Shown: positions 46,240 through 57,067, counted from the stretch's first letter. The stretch is 64,000 nt of DNA from a virus (IMGVR_UViG_3300006143_000348), one strand, 5' to 3'. Translations and numbers: made by a program. The notes: a model not told the origin generated them from the letters alone.

Positions 46240-46991
46240 TGGGTAATTTAGTAGTGACAGAGTATAAGAATATTCGGGTATTGACGACGAAACAGATTGC
46301 AGAAGCATATGAAACTGAGACGCAGGTCGTTATAAACAATTTTAATCGCAATAAGGATAGGTACGAAGAAGGAGAGCACTTTATTTGTTTGACTGGGAAG
46401 GAATTAAGGGAATTCAGGGCAAAAAATCAAAATGATGTTTTGCCAAATGCCAATAAGTTCTACCTTTGGACAGAGAAAGGCGCATTCCTTCATGCCAAGT
46501 CCCTGAATACCGATAAAGCTTGGGAAGTATATGGCCACTTGGTGGATACATATTTTCGGATAAGGAGGCCGCTCACCCAGTTGGAAATTATTCAGCAGTC
46601 GGTGGAAGTTCTGAACCGTCACGATGCAGAAATCAAGCAGATGGACACACGCATCAACAGATTAGAATTTGACATCCCTCTGTATGGTTCCGAAGCGGAT
46701 GAGCTTTCAAATCACGTAAAAAGGAAAGGGGTCGCGGTTCTTGGCGGGAAGCAGTCAGAAGCCTACAAAGACACGAATATCCGCTCAAAGGTTTACCGCG
46801 ATATTTACGACCAGATTAGACGTGAGTTTGGGTTATACGCAGAGGATGGGAGGCCGAAATCTTACAAGGCTCTGAAAAGAAGATACATTTGTGCGGCGCA
46901 TGAGGCTGTGAATGCGTACGAGGTTCCATTGTATCTGGAAGAGATGATTAAAGATGCTAATACCCATATGAGGTTAAGTAAAGTAAGCTGA
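46240..46991 (+). CDS. ORF6N(KilA-N-like)-ORF6C antirepressor-like paralog
   Basis: 'LTTKQIAEAYETETQVVINNFNRNKDRYEEGEHFICLTGKELREFRA' is ORF6N-like. A C-terminal 'AYKDTNIRSKVYRDIYDQIRREFG' ORF6C-like region. Preceded by a TCAAGATAAAAAAA motif and the hairpin CTGCACCCTA/TAGGGTGCAG. Confidence 0.8.
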
Positions 46992-47037
46992 TGGCTTAGA
47001 CATTGTAGTTGCCCCATCGTGGGCAACTGCCAATAAC

Positions 47038-47098
47038 ATGGATGCATTGGTGCGTATCAGGGTTTCTGATAATGCCGGTTCGATTCCGGCTATCCATG
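47038..47098 (+). other. tRNA-like element lacking a D-arm (acceptor ATGGATG/TATCCAT, T-arm GCCGG-TTCGATT-CCGGC); likely att-site remnant rather than a functional tRNA
   Basis: The acceptor pairs 7/7 with one G-U. The T-arm is canonical. Only about 27 nt lie between the acceptor and the T-arm, so no cloverleaf is possible. Confidence 0.35.
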
Positions 47099-47141
47099 CT
47101 CGGACGCAAGTCCAAAAATAGGAAAGAAAGGAGGGACTCTA

Positions 47142-47732
47142 ATGACTGATGAGAAAAGAACAGCGAATCATGACAGATTCGTTTTGCTGCTTACGACAGT
47201 CCAGCGTGATGGTATAGATGAGCTGGTGAAATGGCTGGAAGATACGGATTTCTTCGAAGCACCTGCGTCAAGGGCATATCATGGGAATTACCGGGGTGGA
47301 TTGTGTGAGCATTCACTGAATGTGTATGACGAATTTGTTCGGCTTTTGGCAGCATATCCAGAAGTAAAATCACAAGATGAAAGTGTAATCATCGCCGCAT
47401 TGCTCCATGATTTGTGCAAAGTCAATTATTATATTGTCGAGAAACGGAACAGGAAAAATGAGCAGGGGCAATGGGAGAGCTATGATGCATATAAAGTAAG
47501 CGAAAAATTCTGTTTTGGCGGGCATGGAAGCAAATCGGTATTTTTAGCGCAACATTTCATCAGGCTAACACCAGAAGAAGCTGTGGCAATTAATTGCCAT
47601 ATGAGCTGTTGGGATGGCAATAAGGATGTAGGAAACGTATATGAGCAGTTGCCGTTTGCATGGTTGCTGCATGTAGCAGACGAAAGTGCGACGTATATAA
47701 AAGAAGGGAAGAAATCTGATGGAAAAGAATGA
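47142..47732 (+). CDS. HD-domain phosphohydrolase
   Basis: 'RAYHGNYRGGLCEHSLNV' and 'AALLHDLCK' fit the H..H...HD...D arrangement. AAGGAGGGA RBS. Confidence 0.85.
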   Translation: MTDEKRTANHDRFVLLLTTVQRDGIDELVKWLEDTDFFEAPASRAYHGNYRGGLCEHSLNVYDEFVRLLAAYPEVKSQDESVIIAALLHDLCKVNYYIVEKRNRKNEQGQWESYDAYKVSEKFCFGGHGSKSVFLAQHFIRLTPEEAVAINCHMSCWDGNKDVGNVYEQLPFAWLLHVADESATYIKEGKKSDGKE

Positions 47733-48486
47733 AGTGAAAATTTTTAGCAATGAAGAATTTGGAGATGTTAGAACAGTGAACATTGATGGTGAGCCGTGGT
47801 TTGTGGGGAGAGATGTGGCAACGGCGTTAGGATACCAGAATGGAAGTAGAGATATTAATCGACATGTTGTCGAGGAAGACAGGCAAAACTACCAAAACGG
47901 TACTTTTGAATCTCCAAGAGGGATGACGGTTATTAACGAGTCTGGAATGTATGCTTTGATTTTTGGAAGCAGGCTTGAATCAGCTAGGAGGTTCAAACAT
48001 TGGGTGACAAACGAAGTCTTACCGTCAGTTCGTAAGTACGGAGGATATATAGACGGGCAGGAAAAAATGTCGGATGAAGAGCTTGTGGCTAAAGCACTGA
48101 TGATTGCCCAGAAGCAGATTGAAGAGAAAGATTCTCTTATTCAGGAGAAAGAGAAACAGTTGGTAGAACAGAAGCCGCTTGTAGATTTTGCTTTGCAGGT
48201 ATCGCAGGGGTCAGACACGATTGATATGGAAGAAATGGCTAAGGTTCTGAATGACGAGAATATCAGGATTGGAAGAAACAGGCTCATTAGATGGCTGAAG
48301 CAGAGCGGGATTCTCAAAGAAAACAGGATGCCGTACCAGGAATACATTAACCGTGGGTATTTTGATGTAGCCGAGGTTAAAAAAGATACGGCGTATGGTA
48401 CAAGGGTGTTCCCTAAGACAGTCATTACCGGGAAAGGGCAGGTATGGATTATGGGGAAACTCCGGGAGAAATACCGTGCGGCGTAA
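47719..48486 (+). CDS. Bro-N + KilAC antirepressor
   Basis: 'FSNEEFGDVRTVNIDGEPWFVGRDVATALGY' is Bro-N. C-terminal 'LVDFALQVSQGSDTIDMEEMAKVLNDENIRIGRNRLIRWLKQSGIL' is KilAC-like. The start overlaps the stop of the HD gene. Confidence 0.85.
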   Translation: MEKNEVKIFSNEEFGDVRTVNIDGEPWFVGRDVATALGYQNGSRDINRHVVEEDRQNYQNGTFESPRGMTVINESGMYALIFGSRLESARRFKHWVTNEVLPSVRKYGGYIDGQEKMSDEELVAKALMIAQKQIEEKDSLIQEKEKQLVEQKPLVDFALQVSQGSDTIDMEEMAKVLNDENIRIGRNRLIRWLKQSGILKENRMPYQEYINRGYFDVAEVKKDTAYGTRVFPKTVITGKGQVWIMGKLREKYRAA

Positions 48487-48501
48487 AGAAAGGATAAGAT
48501 T

Positions 48502-49197
48502 ATGGAAGAAAAGTTGAATTTAGTACAGAAGCTTGCAAAAATCCGTGCGATATCGGATGTGGTATCTAAGGAAAAACGTGGGTATAACTATACCTATGCG
48601 GATATTACATCAATTTTGGCGAAGATAACAGCGGGGATGAAGAAATATGGGGTTTCCCTAATTCCACAGATTGTCCCAGGGACTGCAAAGGTATGCCAGA
48701 ATGTGACCGTTAATACGAAGTTTGATAAGACAGGGAAGGCTTATGACAGCACCACGACAGAAATGCTGGCTACGGCGGATATGGTATTTCGGTGGGTTAA
48801 TGACGATAACCCGGAAGAGTTCATCGACGTGCCGTGGTTTGTCACTGGCGCACAGGGAGACCCTTCACAGGCATTCGGTTCAGGGCTTACATATTGTACA
48901 AGGTATTTCCTGACATCGTATTTCCAGATTGCCCAGGCTGATTCGGATGTAGATGCATACAGGAGCAAGCAGAAAGTTGCGGCAGAATCGGAAGACAGGG
49001 CGATTGCAGAAGAGATTACTGCGGAATTTGACGGCATTATCAAACAGTTCCTGGCGGACAATCAGGACAAGGCTGACGAGGTAAAGAAGTTTGTCAGCAA
49101 GTATGCAAAAAATGCAAATTACCTTGCAATCAAGGAGCCGGCATTGGCAGCTAAGCTTCTGGAAGATTTCAATACTAAATATATAAAAGGAGAGTAA
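48502..49197 (+). CDS. ERF-family single-strand annealing protein (tentative)
   Basis: 'GDPSQAFGSGLTYCTRYFLTSYFQI' resembles the ERF core (G.SQ..GSA.TY.RRY.L...F.I). It sits with SSB and an exonuclease, as expected for a recombination module. Confidence 0.65.
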   Translation: MEEKLNLVQKLAKIRAISDVVSKEKRGYNYTYADITSILAKITAGMKKYGVSLIPQIVPGTAKVCQNVTVNTKFDKTGKAYDSTTTEMLATADMVFRWVNDDNPEEFIDVPWFVTGAQGDPSQAFGSGLTYCTRYFLTSYFQIAQADSDVDAYRSKQKVAAESEDRAIAEEITAEFDGIIKQFLADNQDKADEVKKFVSKYAKNANYLAIKEPALAAKLLEDFNTKYIKGE

Positions 49198-49201
49198 GAT
49201 T

Positions 49202-49594
49202 ATGGGATTCAGGACAGGGAGCTATGCAACAGTTTGGAGTGTAGAAGCAGCATCGGATATGAGAACCAAGGCGCGTATTTCTATTAGTAAGCGTAACAAG
49301 CAGTCAGGCGAATATGAGACGGATTTTTCAGGGTTTGTTGACTTTATCGGGACAGCAGTTGCCAGGAAAGCCTCGATGCTGAAAGAGAAGGATAAAATCC
49401 GACTTGGGGATGTGGATGTGTCCACCAAGTATGTCAAAGAAAAAAACGTTACCTATACGAATTTTAAGGTATTCAGCTTCGAAACGAAGGCGGAGATTGA
49501 TGCCGGGGGTTCTGGTTCATCTAACGGGTTTTTTCAGGAGCCAAGCAGTCCTGTTGACAGTGGGGAGGTTGAAGATTCCCTCCTGCCTTTCTAA
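49202..49594 (+). CDS. ssb: Single-stranded DNA-binding protein (short phage SSB)
   Basis: The acidic C-terminal tail 'GEVEDSLLPF' is the SSB 'DDDIPF' equivalent. A Gly/Ser linker precedes it. Confidence 0.7.
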   Translation: MGFRTGSYATVWSVEAASDMRTKARISISKRNKQSGEYETDFSGFVDFIGTAVARKASMLKEKDKIRLGDVDVSTKYVKEKNVTYTNFKVFSFETKAEIDAGGSGSSNGFFQEPSSPVDSGEVEDSLLPF

Positions 49595-49618
49595 GATAGC
49601 ATAGCTTGAGGTTAAAGG

Positions 49619-50425
49619 ATGGGAGAATCTATATACCGTGAGCTAATTAAGGACATGACCTGGAGTTATAGCAGGCTTGAAGCGTTTGATAGCTGTCCTT
49701 ACCGATGGTATTTGCAGTATATCCACTATCCAAAACTTATGAAAGAGGATAAGTTCTATGCAGTATACGGCCTGTTCATGCATGAGCTGCTTGAAAGCTA
49801 CTATACCGCAAAAATGGCAAAGGATGAGGTCATGTTGGCATTCCTGACGCAGTTTCCAGAGAGGACGCAGGGAGCCGGGAGGCCAAACCCAGGTACTGTC
49901 AGGAAATATTTCCAGAGCGGCAAGGAGTATATAAGGAATTTAAAGCCGCTGCGCTTTGATATGGTGTCCGTCGAAGAAAAGATTGATTTCCACATCGGCG
50001 GGATGTTATTTACTGGGCGTATAGATTACTTGGGGACAGAGGATGGGGAGTATGTGATTGTGGATAACAAGTCGAGGGATTTGAAGCCGCGGAGCGGAAG
50101 GGCAAAGCCTACGCTCAAGGATAAAGAACTGGATATCATGTTGCGGCAGCTTTACATTTATGCGGAAGCGGTACGGCAAAAATATGGGAAATTGCCAAAG
50201 CTGTTATGCTTTAACTGCTTCAAGACAGGGATGCTCATCGAAGAACCATTTAGGGAGGATGCTTACCACGAAGCCCTGTTGTGGGCAGAGGGGAAAATCC
50301 GAGAGATATTAGATGTGGATGAATTTCCGCCTAATATAGAATTTTTTGGATGCAGGTATATTTGCAGTTACAGTAGCCATTGCTGCTATTGGAAGGGTGG
50401 TGGTGCGTATGACCAGTGTGGATGA
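49619..50425 (+). CDS. PD-(D/E)xK exonuclease, Cas4/RecB-like, with C-terminal 4-Cys cluster
   Basis: 'SYSRLEAFDSCPYRWYLQY' at the N-terminus. 'GRIDYL...YVIVDNKS' is the D/ExK core. 'CRYIC...HCCYWKG' provides the Cys cluster. Confidence 0.8.
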   Translation: MGESIYRELIKDMTWSYSRLEAFDSCPYRWYLQYIHYPKLMKEDKFYAVYGLFMHELLESYYTAKMAKDEVMLAFLTQFPERTQGAGRPNPGTVRKYFQSGKEYIRNLKPLRFDMVSVEEKIDFHIGGMLFTGRIDYLGTEDGEYVIVDNKSRDLKPRSGRAKPTLKDKELDIMLRQLYIYAEAVRQKYGKLPKLLCFNCFKTGMLIEEPFREDAYHEALLWAEGKIREILDVDEFPPNIEFFGCRYICSYSSHCCYWKGGGAYDQCG

Positions 50426-51740
50426 TATTAACAGCTTGGAGAGCGAGGCGGGCATTATCGCATCGCTGATACACAAGCCGGAATTTATATTTTATTCGGA
50501 GCATTTACTGCCGAACCATTTCACGAATAAAGAGAACCGCTGTGTGTATACGGCAATAGGCGACCTTGTGAGGCGCGGGATTATGACAATTGACTCGTAC
50601 AATATTATAGAGAGCCTAAATGCGTCAGAAGCGACAAGGAAGTATGCAGATGAGCTGACGATTGAAAAATTAAACGAGTTTATGGAAATGAGCGATATTC
50701 TGGCGAGGAATTCTGTTGAAGAGTATAAGATGCTTGTAGATAATGTGATGGATGCGGCCTTCCGGCGGGATACATTCCAGAGGCTCAAGGAATGCCAGGC
50801 ACTATGCTATAACAGGAGCGAAGCAGACATAGAGCAGAAGATTTACTCCATCATTGATGATGTAATGACAGAGTTTTCTACAGCGAATGATGTCCCGGCG
50901 TATAGTGAAGTCATTGATGGGTGCTGGGAAGAAATTAAATCCAGGCAGGGATGCGGTTATTCCGGCATACAGTTTAAGTTCAGTGCTTTAAATGAATATG
51001 CCACCATAGAACCGGGTGAATTATTCATATTTGCGGCAGAAGCGAAGCAGGGAAAGTCCATGATGCTTTTGAATTGCGCAGTTGATTTGCTGAAGAAAGA
51101 CCTTGCGGTTTTATATCTGGACAGTGAGCTGAACACAAGGCTGTTTACGGCCAGGATACTGGCGCATCTGTCAGGGGTAGAGTATAAGCGGCTGACTGCA
51201 GGAAATTACAATGACGAAGAAGCGGAAAAGATTTCGCAGGCAATGGCTTGGCTGAAGACCCGGAAGTTCACGCATATCTACATACCGATGTTTGACCAGC
51301 AGACGATTTACACGGCAGTCAAAAAGGTGAAGCATACGATGGGGCTTGACGTACTGATTGTGGATTATTTTAAAGGTTCCGGGGATGGGGATGCATTTGA
51401 TTCTTACCAGGAGCTGGGGCGTTTTGTAGATATGGTGAAGAACAAAATATGCGGCGATATGGGAATTTGCGGTGTGGGCGCAGCGCAGGCTACGAATACA
51501 GGGAAGGTTGCAGATTCAGCTAAGATAGGAAGAAATGCAAGCACAATCGCTATCATTCAAGACAAAACCCCGGAAGAAGTAGCAAATGACGGCGCTGAAT
51601 GCGGCAATAAAAAGCTGAGGGTCATCCTGAACCGGAATGGTATGCAGCACGCAGCGGGGGAGTACATAGACCTGCAGTTTAACGGGAACCTGATATCATA
51701 CGAACAGGCAAAGCAACATATTCCTAATGTTCCATATTAG
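50407..51740 (+). CDS. dnaB: DnaB-family replicative helicase
   Basis: N-terminal 'ESEAGIIASLI' is the DnaB N-domain signature. RecA-fold Walker A 'AAEAKQGKS', Walker B 'VLIVDY'. The start at ATG 50407 follows GGTGGTGG. The track start 50346 overlaps the upstream gene. Confidence 0.85.
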
Positions 51741-51784
51741 CCAGTCAAGATAATTAAATAATTAGCAAAAAGGGGGAAGCGGCG

Positions 51785-52765
51785 GTGGAACTTGAAGAGT
51801 TAATAAATTGCATAGATATTGTTGAATATATATCCCAATTTGTGGAGCTTGAAGAGAAAAACGGTGAGCATTGGGGGTTAAGCCCTTTCTCATCAGAAAA
51901 AACGCCGTCGTTCTCTGTGCGGGGGGAAACGAAGAGTTTCTATTGTTTCTCCAGCGGCATTGGCGGGAATGTGTTTACGTTCGTGAAGTTCTACAACAAA
52001 TGCAGTGCGAAAAAGGCTGTAGACATCCTGAAAGAGTATGCGGGATATGACGGGGAGATACGTCCAAGCCAGAAAATGGCGGCGACGGCGGCTTGTAGGA
52101 AGTATTTGCATAAAAAGTCAGGAAGAAAAGCATCCAAAGCAAAAGCATTTCCGGATAATTATATGGAGAGATACGAAAAACGCAGAGAGAAGCTTGCGGT
52201 TTGGGAATCTGAGGGGATTTCAAAGGAAGCCCTCGATAGGTTCCAAGTGTACTACGATGGGTTTTCGAACCGCTTGGTATATCCTATCTATAATATGGAA
52301 GGGCAGATGGTAAACATCGGCGGCAGGACGCTCGACCCGGGATGGAAAGAAAAAGACCTGCGCAAATACACGTACTTTTCTTCATGGGGGGAAATGGATG
52401 TAATATACGGACTGTTCGAGAATATGGAAGAAATACTGGCAAAACATGAAGTTATCCTGTTCGAAGGATGCAAATCAGTATTGCTGGCGTACTCATGGGG
52501 AATCCGAAATACCGGGGCATTGTTGACATCGCACTTAAATCCAGCACAGATGAAGGTGCTTGCGAGGCTTGGCGTGAGGGTGGTATTTGCGCTTGATAAG
52601 GACGTTCAGATAAGAAAAGACCATAATATCAGACGGCTGAAGCAATACGTCAATGTTGAGTATCTTTGGGATAAGGATAATCTGTTGTATGAAAAAGATG
52701 CGCCAGTTGATAAAGGGTTGAATGTATTTGAGACACTTTACAGGCAGAGGCTGAGATATAGATAA
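51785..52765 (+). CDS. dnaG: DnaG-type primase (degenerate CHC2 zinc-binding region + TOPRIM)
   Basis: 'HWGLSPFSSEKTPSFSV...FYCFSSGIGGNVFTFV' matches the zinc-binding domain consensus but has Ser where Cys is expected. TOPRIM 'VILFEGCKSVLLA...VVFALDKD'. The GTG start follows AAGGGGGAAG. Confidence 0.85.
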   Translation: MELEELINCIDIVEYISQFVELEEKNGEHWGLSPFSSEKTPSFSVRGETKSFYCFSSGIGGNVFTFVKFYNKCSAKKAVDILKEYAGYDGEIRPSQKMAATAACRKYLHKKSGRKASKAKAFPDNYMERYEKRREKLAVWESEGISKEALDRFQVYYDGFSNRLVYPIYNMEGQMVNIGGRTLDPGWKEKDLRKYTYFSSWGEMDVIYGLFENMEEILAKHEVILFEGCKSVLLAYSWGIRNTGALLTSHLNPAQMKVLARLGVRVVFALDKDVQIRKDHNIRRLKQYVNVEYLWDKDNLLYEKDAPVDKGLNVFETLYRQRLRYR

Positions 52766-52872
52766 GATTTAGCGTTTTGCAAAGGTGTTGCAAATTTGCA
52801 ATACCTTGTGTGGAAGTTTTACGGATTTACGCCCAATCAAATCAGGGGATAAAAATAGCGGGAGGTGATGCG

Positions 52873-55800
52873 GTGGATTCAAATAGCAGGTGGTATGAAA
52901 TGTATCATTGCCATACAGAATTGAGCCTGCTTGATAGCTGTACAAAGTACCAGGATTATATTGAGTTAGCAGTAGCAAATGGCCAGAAGACGTTATCCAT
53001 ATCTGAGCATGGGAAGCCGTTGGACTGGACGGAAAAGTGGGGGGCATGTAAGGCGGCGGGGTTAAGGTACATCCATTCGGTAGAGATTTATTTAACGGAA
53101 TCGCTGGAACCAAAAGTACGTGACAACTACCATACGGTGCTGATGGCAAGGAATATGGAAGGTGTAATGGAACTGAATAAGCTGGTCAGCCTGTCGTGTA
53201 ATAAGGAGCATTCTTATTATACCAATAGGATTACGTTTGATGAATTTCTGGGCATTTCAGATAACATCATATCGACAAGTGCCTGTCTTGCATCACCGCT
53301 GAATAAGCTGCCGGAAGACCATCCAAGATATATGGAATTGGCAAGAAAGTATGATTTTTTCGAAATACAACCACATAACCATCCAGACCAGGTTGCGTTT
53401 AACAGGCGGCTTCTGAAACTTTCACGAGATATTGGGACGCCATTAATAGCTGGCACAGACACGCATAGCTCATCAAAGTATAAGGCAGAATGCCGCTCGG
53501 TGCTGATATCTGCAAAAGGTAAGTCGTATGGGGATGAGGATGCCTTTGACTTGAGCTATAAAACGTATGATGAGCTTGTGGAGATGTTTAGGGCACAGAA
53601 CGCTTTGCCAGAAGATGAATACATGCAGGCGATTTCCAATACGCGTCTTTTATATGATATGACGGAAGATATCGAACTTGATACTTCTATCAAATATCCG
53701 ATTCTGTATGGAACAAGGAAGGCGGATTCAAAGATATTTACAGAAACGGCGCATCGGAAACTGGACGAAAAGCTTGAGGCCGGAATTATTCCGAGAAGTC
53801 AGGAGGCAGCGTTCAGGACGGCAATAGAAGAAGAGATGCGTGTATTCAGGAAACTGGAGATGGATGGTTTCATGCTTTCCATGTCTGAACTGATTTCGTG
53901 GTGCAAGGAGCAGGGAATGGCAATCGGGACGGCCAGAGGCTCGGTTGGCGGCTCAAGGGTAGCATATGTAATGGATATTATCGACCTAAACCCTGAAACA
54001 TGGAACACGGTATTCTCGCGGTTTTGTAATGAAGACCGTATAGAGATTGGGGATATTGATATTGATTGCGTTGAGTCTGACCGGCCTGCGATTTTTGAAC
54101 ATATCGTCAAGCGGTTTGGACGGGATAGGACAGCCCGCGTAGCATCGTTTGGGACGCTGCAGGATAAAGGTGTTATTGATGAAGTGGGGCGGTATCTGGC
54201 AAAGAAATGGAACGCAGAGCACTATAATGGCGAAAAAGTATGGGATACCCATGAAGGGAGATACTTTGATAAAGAAGTCCCAAATAACCCCTGGTCGTTA
54301 AAGGATATCGCCAGGATTAAAGATGAGTATGCAGCTGACCCTGACAAGACAAAACAGAAGTACCCGGAACTTTTCTATTACTTTGACGGGCTTCTAGGGA
54401 CAAAGATTTCTCAATCCGTACATCCAGCAGGCATGGTAATCAGCCCTATTACACTAAATGATAACTTCGGGGTATTTGAGAAGGACGGTGAGATTTGCCT
54501 GATGCTGGATATGGAAAATGTCCATGATTATACTGGGCTTGCGAAGTATGACTTCCTTATATTAAAGACAGTACAGGTAATCCGGGACACATGCCGTTAT
54601 CTGGGCAAGCCATATCCAAAGACACATGAGGTAGACTGGTGCGACAAAAGGGTGTGGGAAAGCATGGTTCGGAACCCATCTGGCATATTTCAGTTTGAAG
54701 GGGTTTTTGCGTTTGAGTGTTTAAAGCGGTTTGCGCCGAAGAGCATATTTGATATGTCCATTGTTACAGCGTGTATCAGGCCTTCCGGGACATCGTATAG
54801 GGATGCGTTATTGGCAAGACAGCCGCATAAGAATCCATCTGCGATAATCGACGAGCTGCTGAAGGATAACCTTGGTTATCTGATTTACCAGGAGGACACG
54901 ATTAAATTCCTACAGGAAATTTGTGGTCTGTCTGGAAGCGAGGCTGATAATATCCGGCGGGCAATTGGAAGAAAGCAGAAAGATAGGTTAGATGCGGCAA
55001 TGCCGTCTATCCTTGAAGGGTATTGTAATAAGTCGCCTCAGCCGCGGGAGATTGCAGAAAGCGAAGCAAAAGAATTTTTACAAATTATTGAAGATAGTGC
55101 AAGCTATCAGTTTGGCTATAATCATAGCATTGCTTACTGCCTGTTGGGTTATCTTTGTGCATATTACCGATACTATTTTCCGCTGGAGTTTATTACAGCA
55201 TTCCTAAACAATGCCGCAAATGATGATGATATCAAGAGCGGAACATCATACGCTAATAAAATTGGCATCCAGGTCACAATGCCTAAGTGGGGAGTGTCGA
55301 AAGGGGAATATTTCTTTGATAAGGACAGGAATATCATAGCAAAAGGGATTTCTTCTATTAAATATATGAGTTCAGGGGTGGCAGAAGAGATATTCCGTAT
55401 AGCACACGAGGGAAAATACACCAGGTTTGTGGATGTGCTTACCGCTATTGACACAAAATCTTCACTAAACACAAGGCAGTTGGATATTCTCATTAAAATT
55501 GACTTTTTCTCTGAATTTGGCAACCAAAGGGAGCTGATAAGGATTGCGGACTTGTTCTACGGGATGTTCAAGAAAGGGCAGGCGAAGAAAATCAATAAGG
55601 AAAAGGTCGATGGGACGGCTTTAGAGCCAATTGTATCAAAGTATGCTGTCGGTATGACGAAATCTGGAGGTGTAGCGAAAAGTTATACACTGTTGGATGT
55701 CGAATCTATACTACGTGAGACAGAGGATGCTATAAAAGCTATGCATATGGAAGATTTAAGCCTTTTGCTCAAGGTACAGAATTTTGAAGAAGTTATGGGA

Positions 55801-56073
55801 TATGCGGGGTATGTTTCTGGCAAAGAGGAGGACAGGCCGAAGCTATATGTACTTGATGTGTATGTGCTTGTACGTAAGAAAGATAAAAAGCAGTTTGGTT
55901 TTTCGGTAGTTACAAAATCCATCGGAAGCGGAATAGAGAGCAGATTTACTGTATTGAACAGGGTATATGACAAAGAGCCGGTGAAAAAAGGCGATATCAT
56001 ATATTGTAAAAACTATGAAATAGATGGGCAATATTTCCGCATGACGAGTTACGCAAAGATGTTTCAAACGTGA
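52873..56073 (+). CDS. dnaE: DNA polymerase III alpha subunit (DnaE-type, PHP N-terminus)
   Basis: PHP signature 'YEMYHCHTELSLLDSC...ISEHG'. About 1060 aa. The start is GTG 52873 or ATG 52900, both with SD sequences. The track start 52777 is unlikely. Confidence 0.85.
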   Translation: MDSNSRWYEMYHCHTELSLLDSCTKYQDYIELAVANGQKTLSISEHGKPLDWTEKWGACKAAGLRYIHSVEIYLTESLEPKVRDNYHTVLMARNMEGVMELNKLVSLSCNKEHSYYTNRITFDEFLGISDNIISTSACLASPLNKLPEDHPRYMELARKYDFFEIQPHNHPDQVAFNRRLLKLSRDIGTPLIAGTDTHSSSKYKAECRSVLISAKGKSYGDEDAFDLSYKTYDELVEMFRAQNALPEDEYMQAISNTRLLYDMTEDIELDTSIKYPILYGTRKADSKIFTETAHRKLDEKLEAGIIPRSQEAAFRTAIEEEMRVFRKLEMDGFMLSMSELISWCKEQGMAIGTARGSVGGSRVAYVMDIIDLNPETWNTVFSRFCNEDRIEIGDIDIDCVESDRPAIFEHIVKRFGRDRTARVASFGTLQDKGVIDEVGRYLAKKWNAEHYNGEKVWDTHEGRYFDKEVPNNPWSLKDIARIKDEYAADPDKTKQKYPELFYYFDGLLGTKISQSVHPAGMVISPITLNDNFGVFEKDGEICLMLDMENVHDYTGLAKYDFLILKTVQVIRDTCRYLGKPYPKTHEVDWCDKRVWESMVRNPSGIFQFEGVFAFECLKRFAPKSIFDMSIVTACIRPSGTSYRDALLARQPHKNPSAIIDELLKDNLGYLIYQEDTIKFLQEICGLSGSEADNIRRAIGRKQKDRLDAAMPSILEGYCNKSPQPREIAESEAKEFLQIIEDSASYQFGYNHSIAYCLLGYLCAYYRYYFPLEFITAFLNNAANDDDIKSGTSYANKIGIQVTMPKWGVSKGEYFFDKDRNIIAKGISSIKYMSSGVAEEIFRIAHEGKYTRFVDVLTAIDTKSSLNTRQLDILIKIDFFSEFGNQRELIRIADLFYGMFKKGQAKKINKEKVDGTALEPIVSKYAVGMTKSGGVAKSYTLLDVESILRETEDAIKAMHMEDLSLLLKVQNFEEVMGYAGYVSGKEEDRPKLYVLDVYVLVRKKDKKQFGFSVVTKSIGSGIESRFTVLNRVYDKEPVKKGDIIYCKNYEIDGQYFRMTSYAKMFQT

Positions 56074-56109
56074 AATAAAGATAATTAAATAATTCAAAAG
56101 GAGAAAGAG

Positions 56110-56679
56110 ATGAAACTTGAGATATTAAAACATCCAACAGAAGAAGATTGGGCATTATGCAAGACATGTACATTAGTTACGGTGTCAAAAACGGGGGTGG
56201 CTCCGCCGAGCCATGACTGGAAAGTGAAACTGTTAAAATCCGGCCATTCACCGATTCGTGTCCTGCAGTTCTGCTTTAAGCTGACGGACATCCCATATTG
56301 GGTTTCTGTCCATCTTGCACGGCATGTACATGCGACTCCGTTTGTTTCTACCCAGAGGGTGGACAGGCAGGATAAATATGACAGGAACACCGCGCCGCAA
56401 AACGCCCCGGTAACGATGTGCTGGTATATGAATGCAGAGGAGCTTATTACAGTCGCGCATAAAAGACTGTGTATGCAGGCTTCAGAAGAAACAAGAGAAA
56501 TCGTGCAGATGATATGTGACGAGGTGGTTAAAGCGAGTCCTGAATTTGAGGGACTGCTTGTTCCTAACTGTGTATACCGGGGCGGTTTATGTGATGAGTT
56601 TAACTGCTGTGGGATGAACCGTGCATATTGTGGCGTCAGCGGAGAGAAATCTGTAGCCCAAAATGAAAAGGGGGTGTAG
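56110..56679 (+). CDS. ThyX-like flavin-dependent thymidylate synthase (short; tentative)
   Basis: 'HLARHVHATPFVSTQRVDR' approximates the ThyX RHRx7SxR motif. The context among nucleotide-metabolism genes fits. AAAAGGAGAAAGAG RBS. Confidence 0.5.
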   Translation: MKLEILKHPTEEDWALCKTCTLVTVSKTGVAPPSHDWKVKLLKSGHSPIRVLQFCFKLTDIPYWVSVHLARHVHATPFVSTQRVDRQDKYDRNTAPQNAPVTMCWYMNAEELITVAHKRLCMQASEETREIVQMICDEVVKASPEFEGLLVPNCVYRGGLCDEFNCCGMNRAYCGVSGEKSVAQNEKGV

Positions 56680-56682
56680 AAA

Positions 56683-57054
56683 ATGGGGGGACAGACAAAC
56701 CTCGATGACAGCGGAGAACGTATGTCGTATGGGGAAGGGATGGCAGTCAGGGAACCAAATGCAGGTAAGGGAAGATATGACCTTGTGTCGCCTTTTGCAA
56801 TGAGGCGTCTGGCGCAGCATTACGAAGAGGGTGCAAAAAAATATGCCGACCGTAACTGGGAAAAGGGTATGCCATTTTCAAGGTATGTAGATTCAGCGAA
56901 ACGGCATCTCGACAAATATGTAATGGGCATGACAGATGAAGACCACTTGGCTGCTACGGCGTGGAATATCTTTGCGATTATGCACCATCAGGAACTTGGG
57001 CAGCTTGAACTGGATGATATGCCGCACTATGAATATGGATGCGGGCACGAATAG
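56683..57054 (+). CDS. DUF550-like dATP/dGTP pyrophosphohydrolase N-domain protein (tentative)
   Basis: 'RYDLVSPFAMRRLAQHYEEGAKKYADRNWEKG...DSAKRHLDKY..G..DEDHLAATAWNIFAIM' fits the phage dNTP-PPase (DUF550) pattern. Confidence 0.5.
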   Translation: MGGQTNLDDSGERMSYGEGMAVREPNAGKGRYDLVSPFAMRRLAQHYEEGAKKYADRNWEKGMPFSRYVDSAKRHLDKYVMGMTDEDHLAATAWNIFAIMHHQELGQLELDDMPHYEYGCGHE

Positions 57055-57067
57055 GAGGATGAAAATT

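Noticed and set aside
47038-47098. Functional tRNA gene
   Set aside because: The acceptor and T-arm are canonical, but only about 27 nt separate them. No D-arm or 7-nt anticodon loop can be formed, so this is more likely an att remnant or minihelix.
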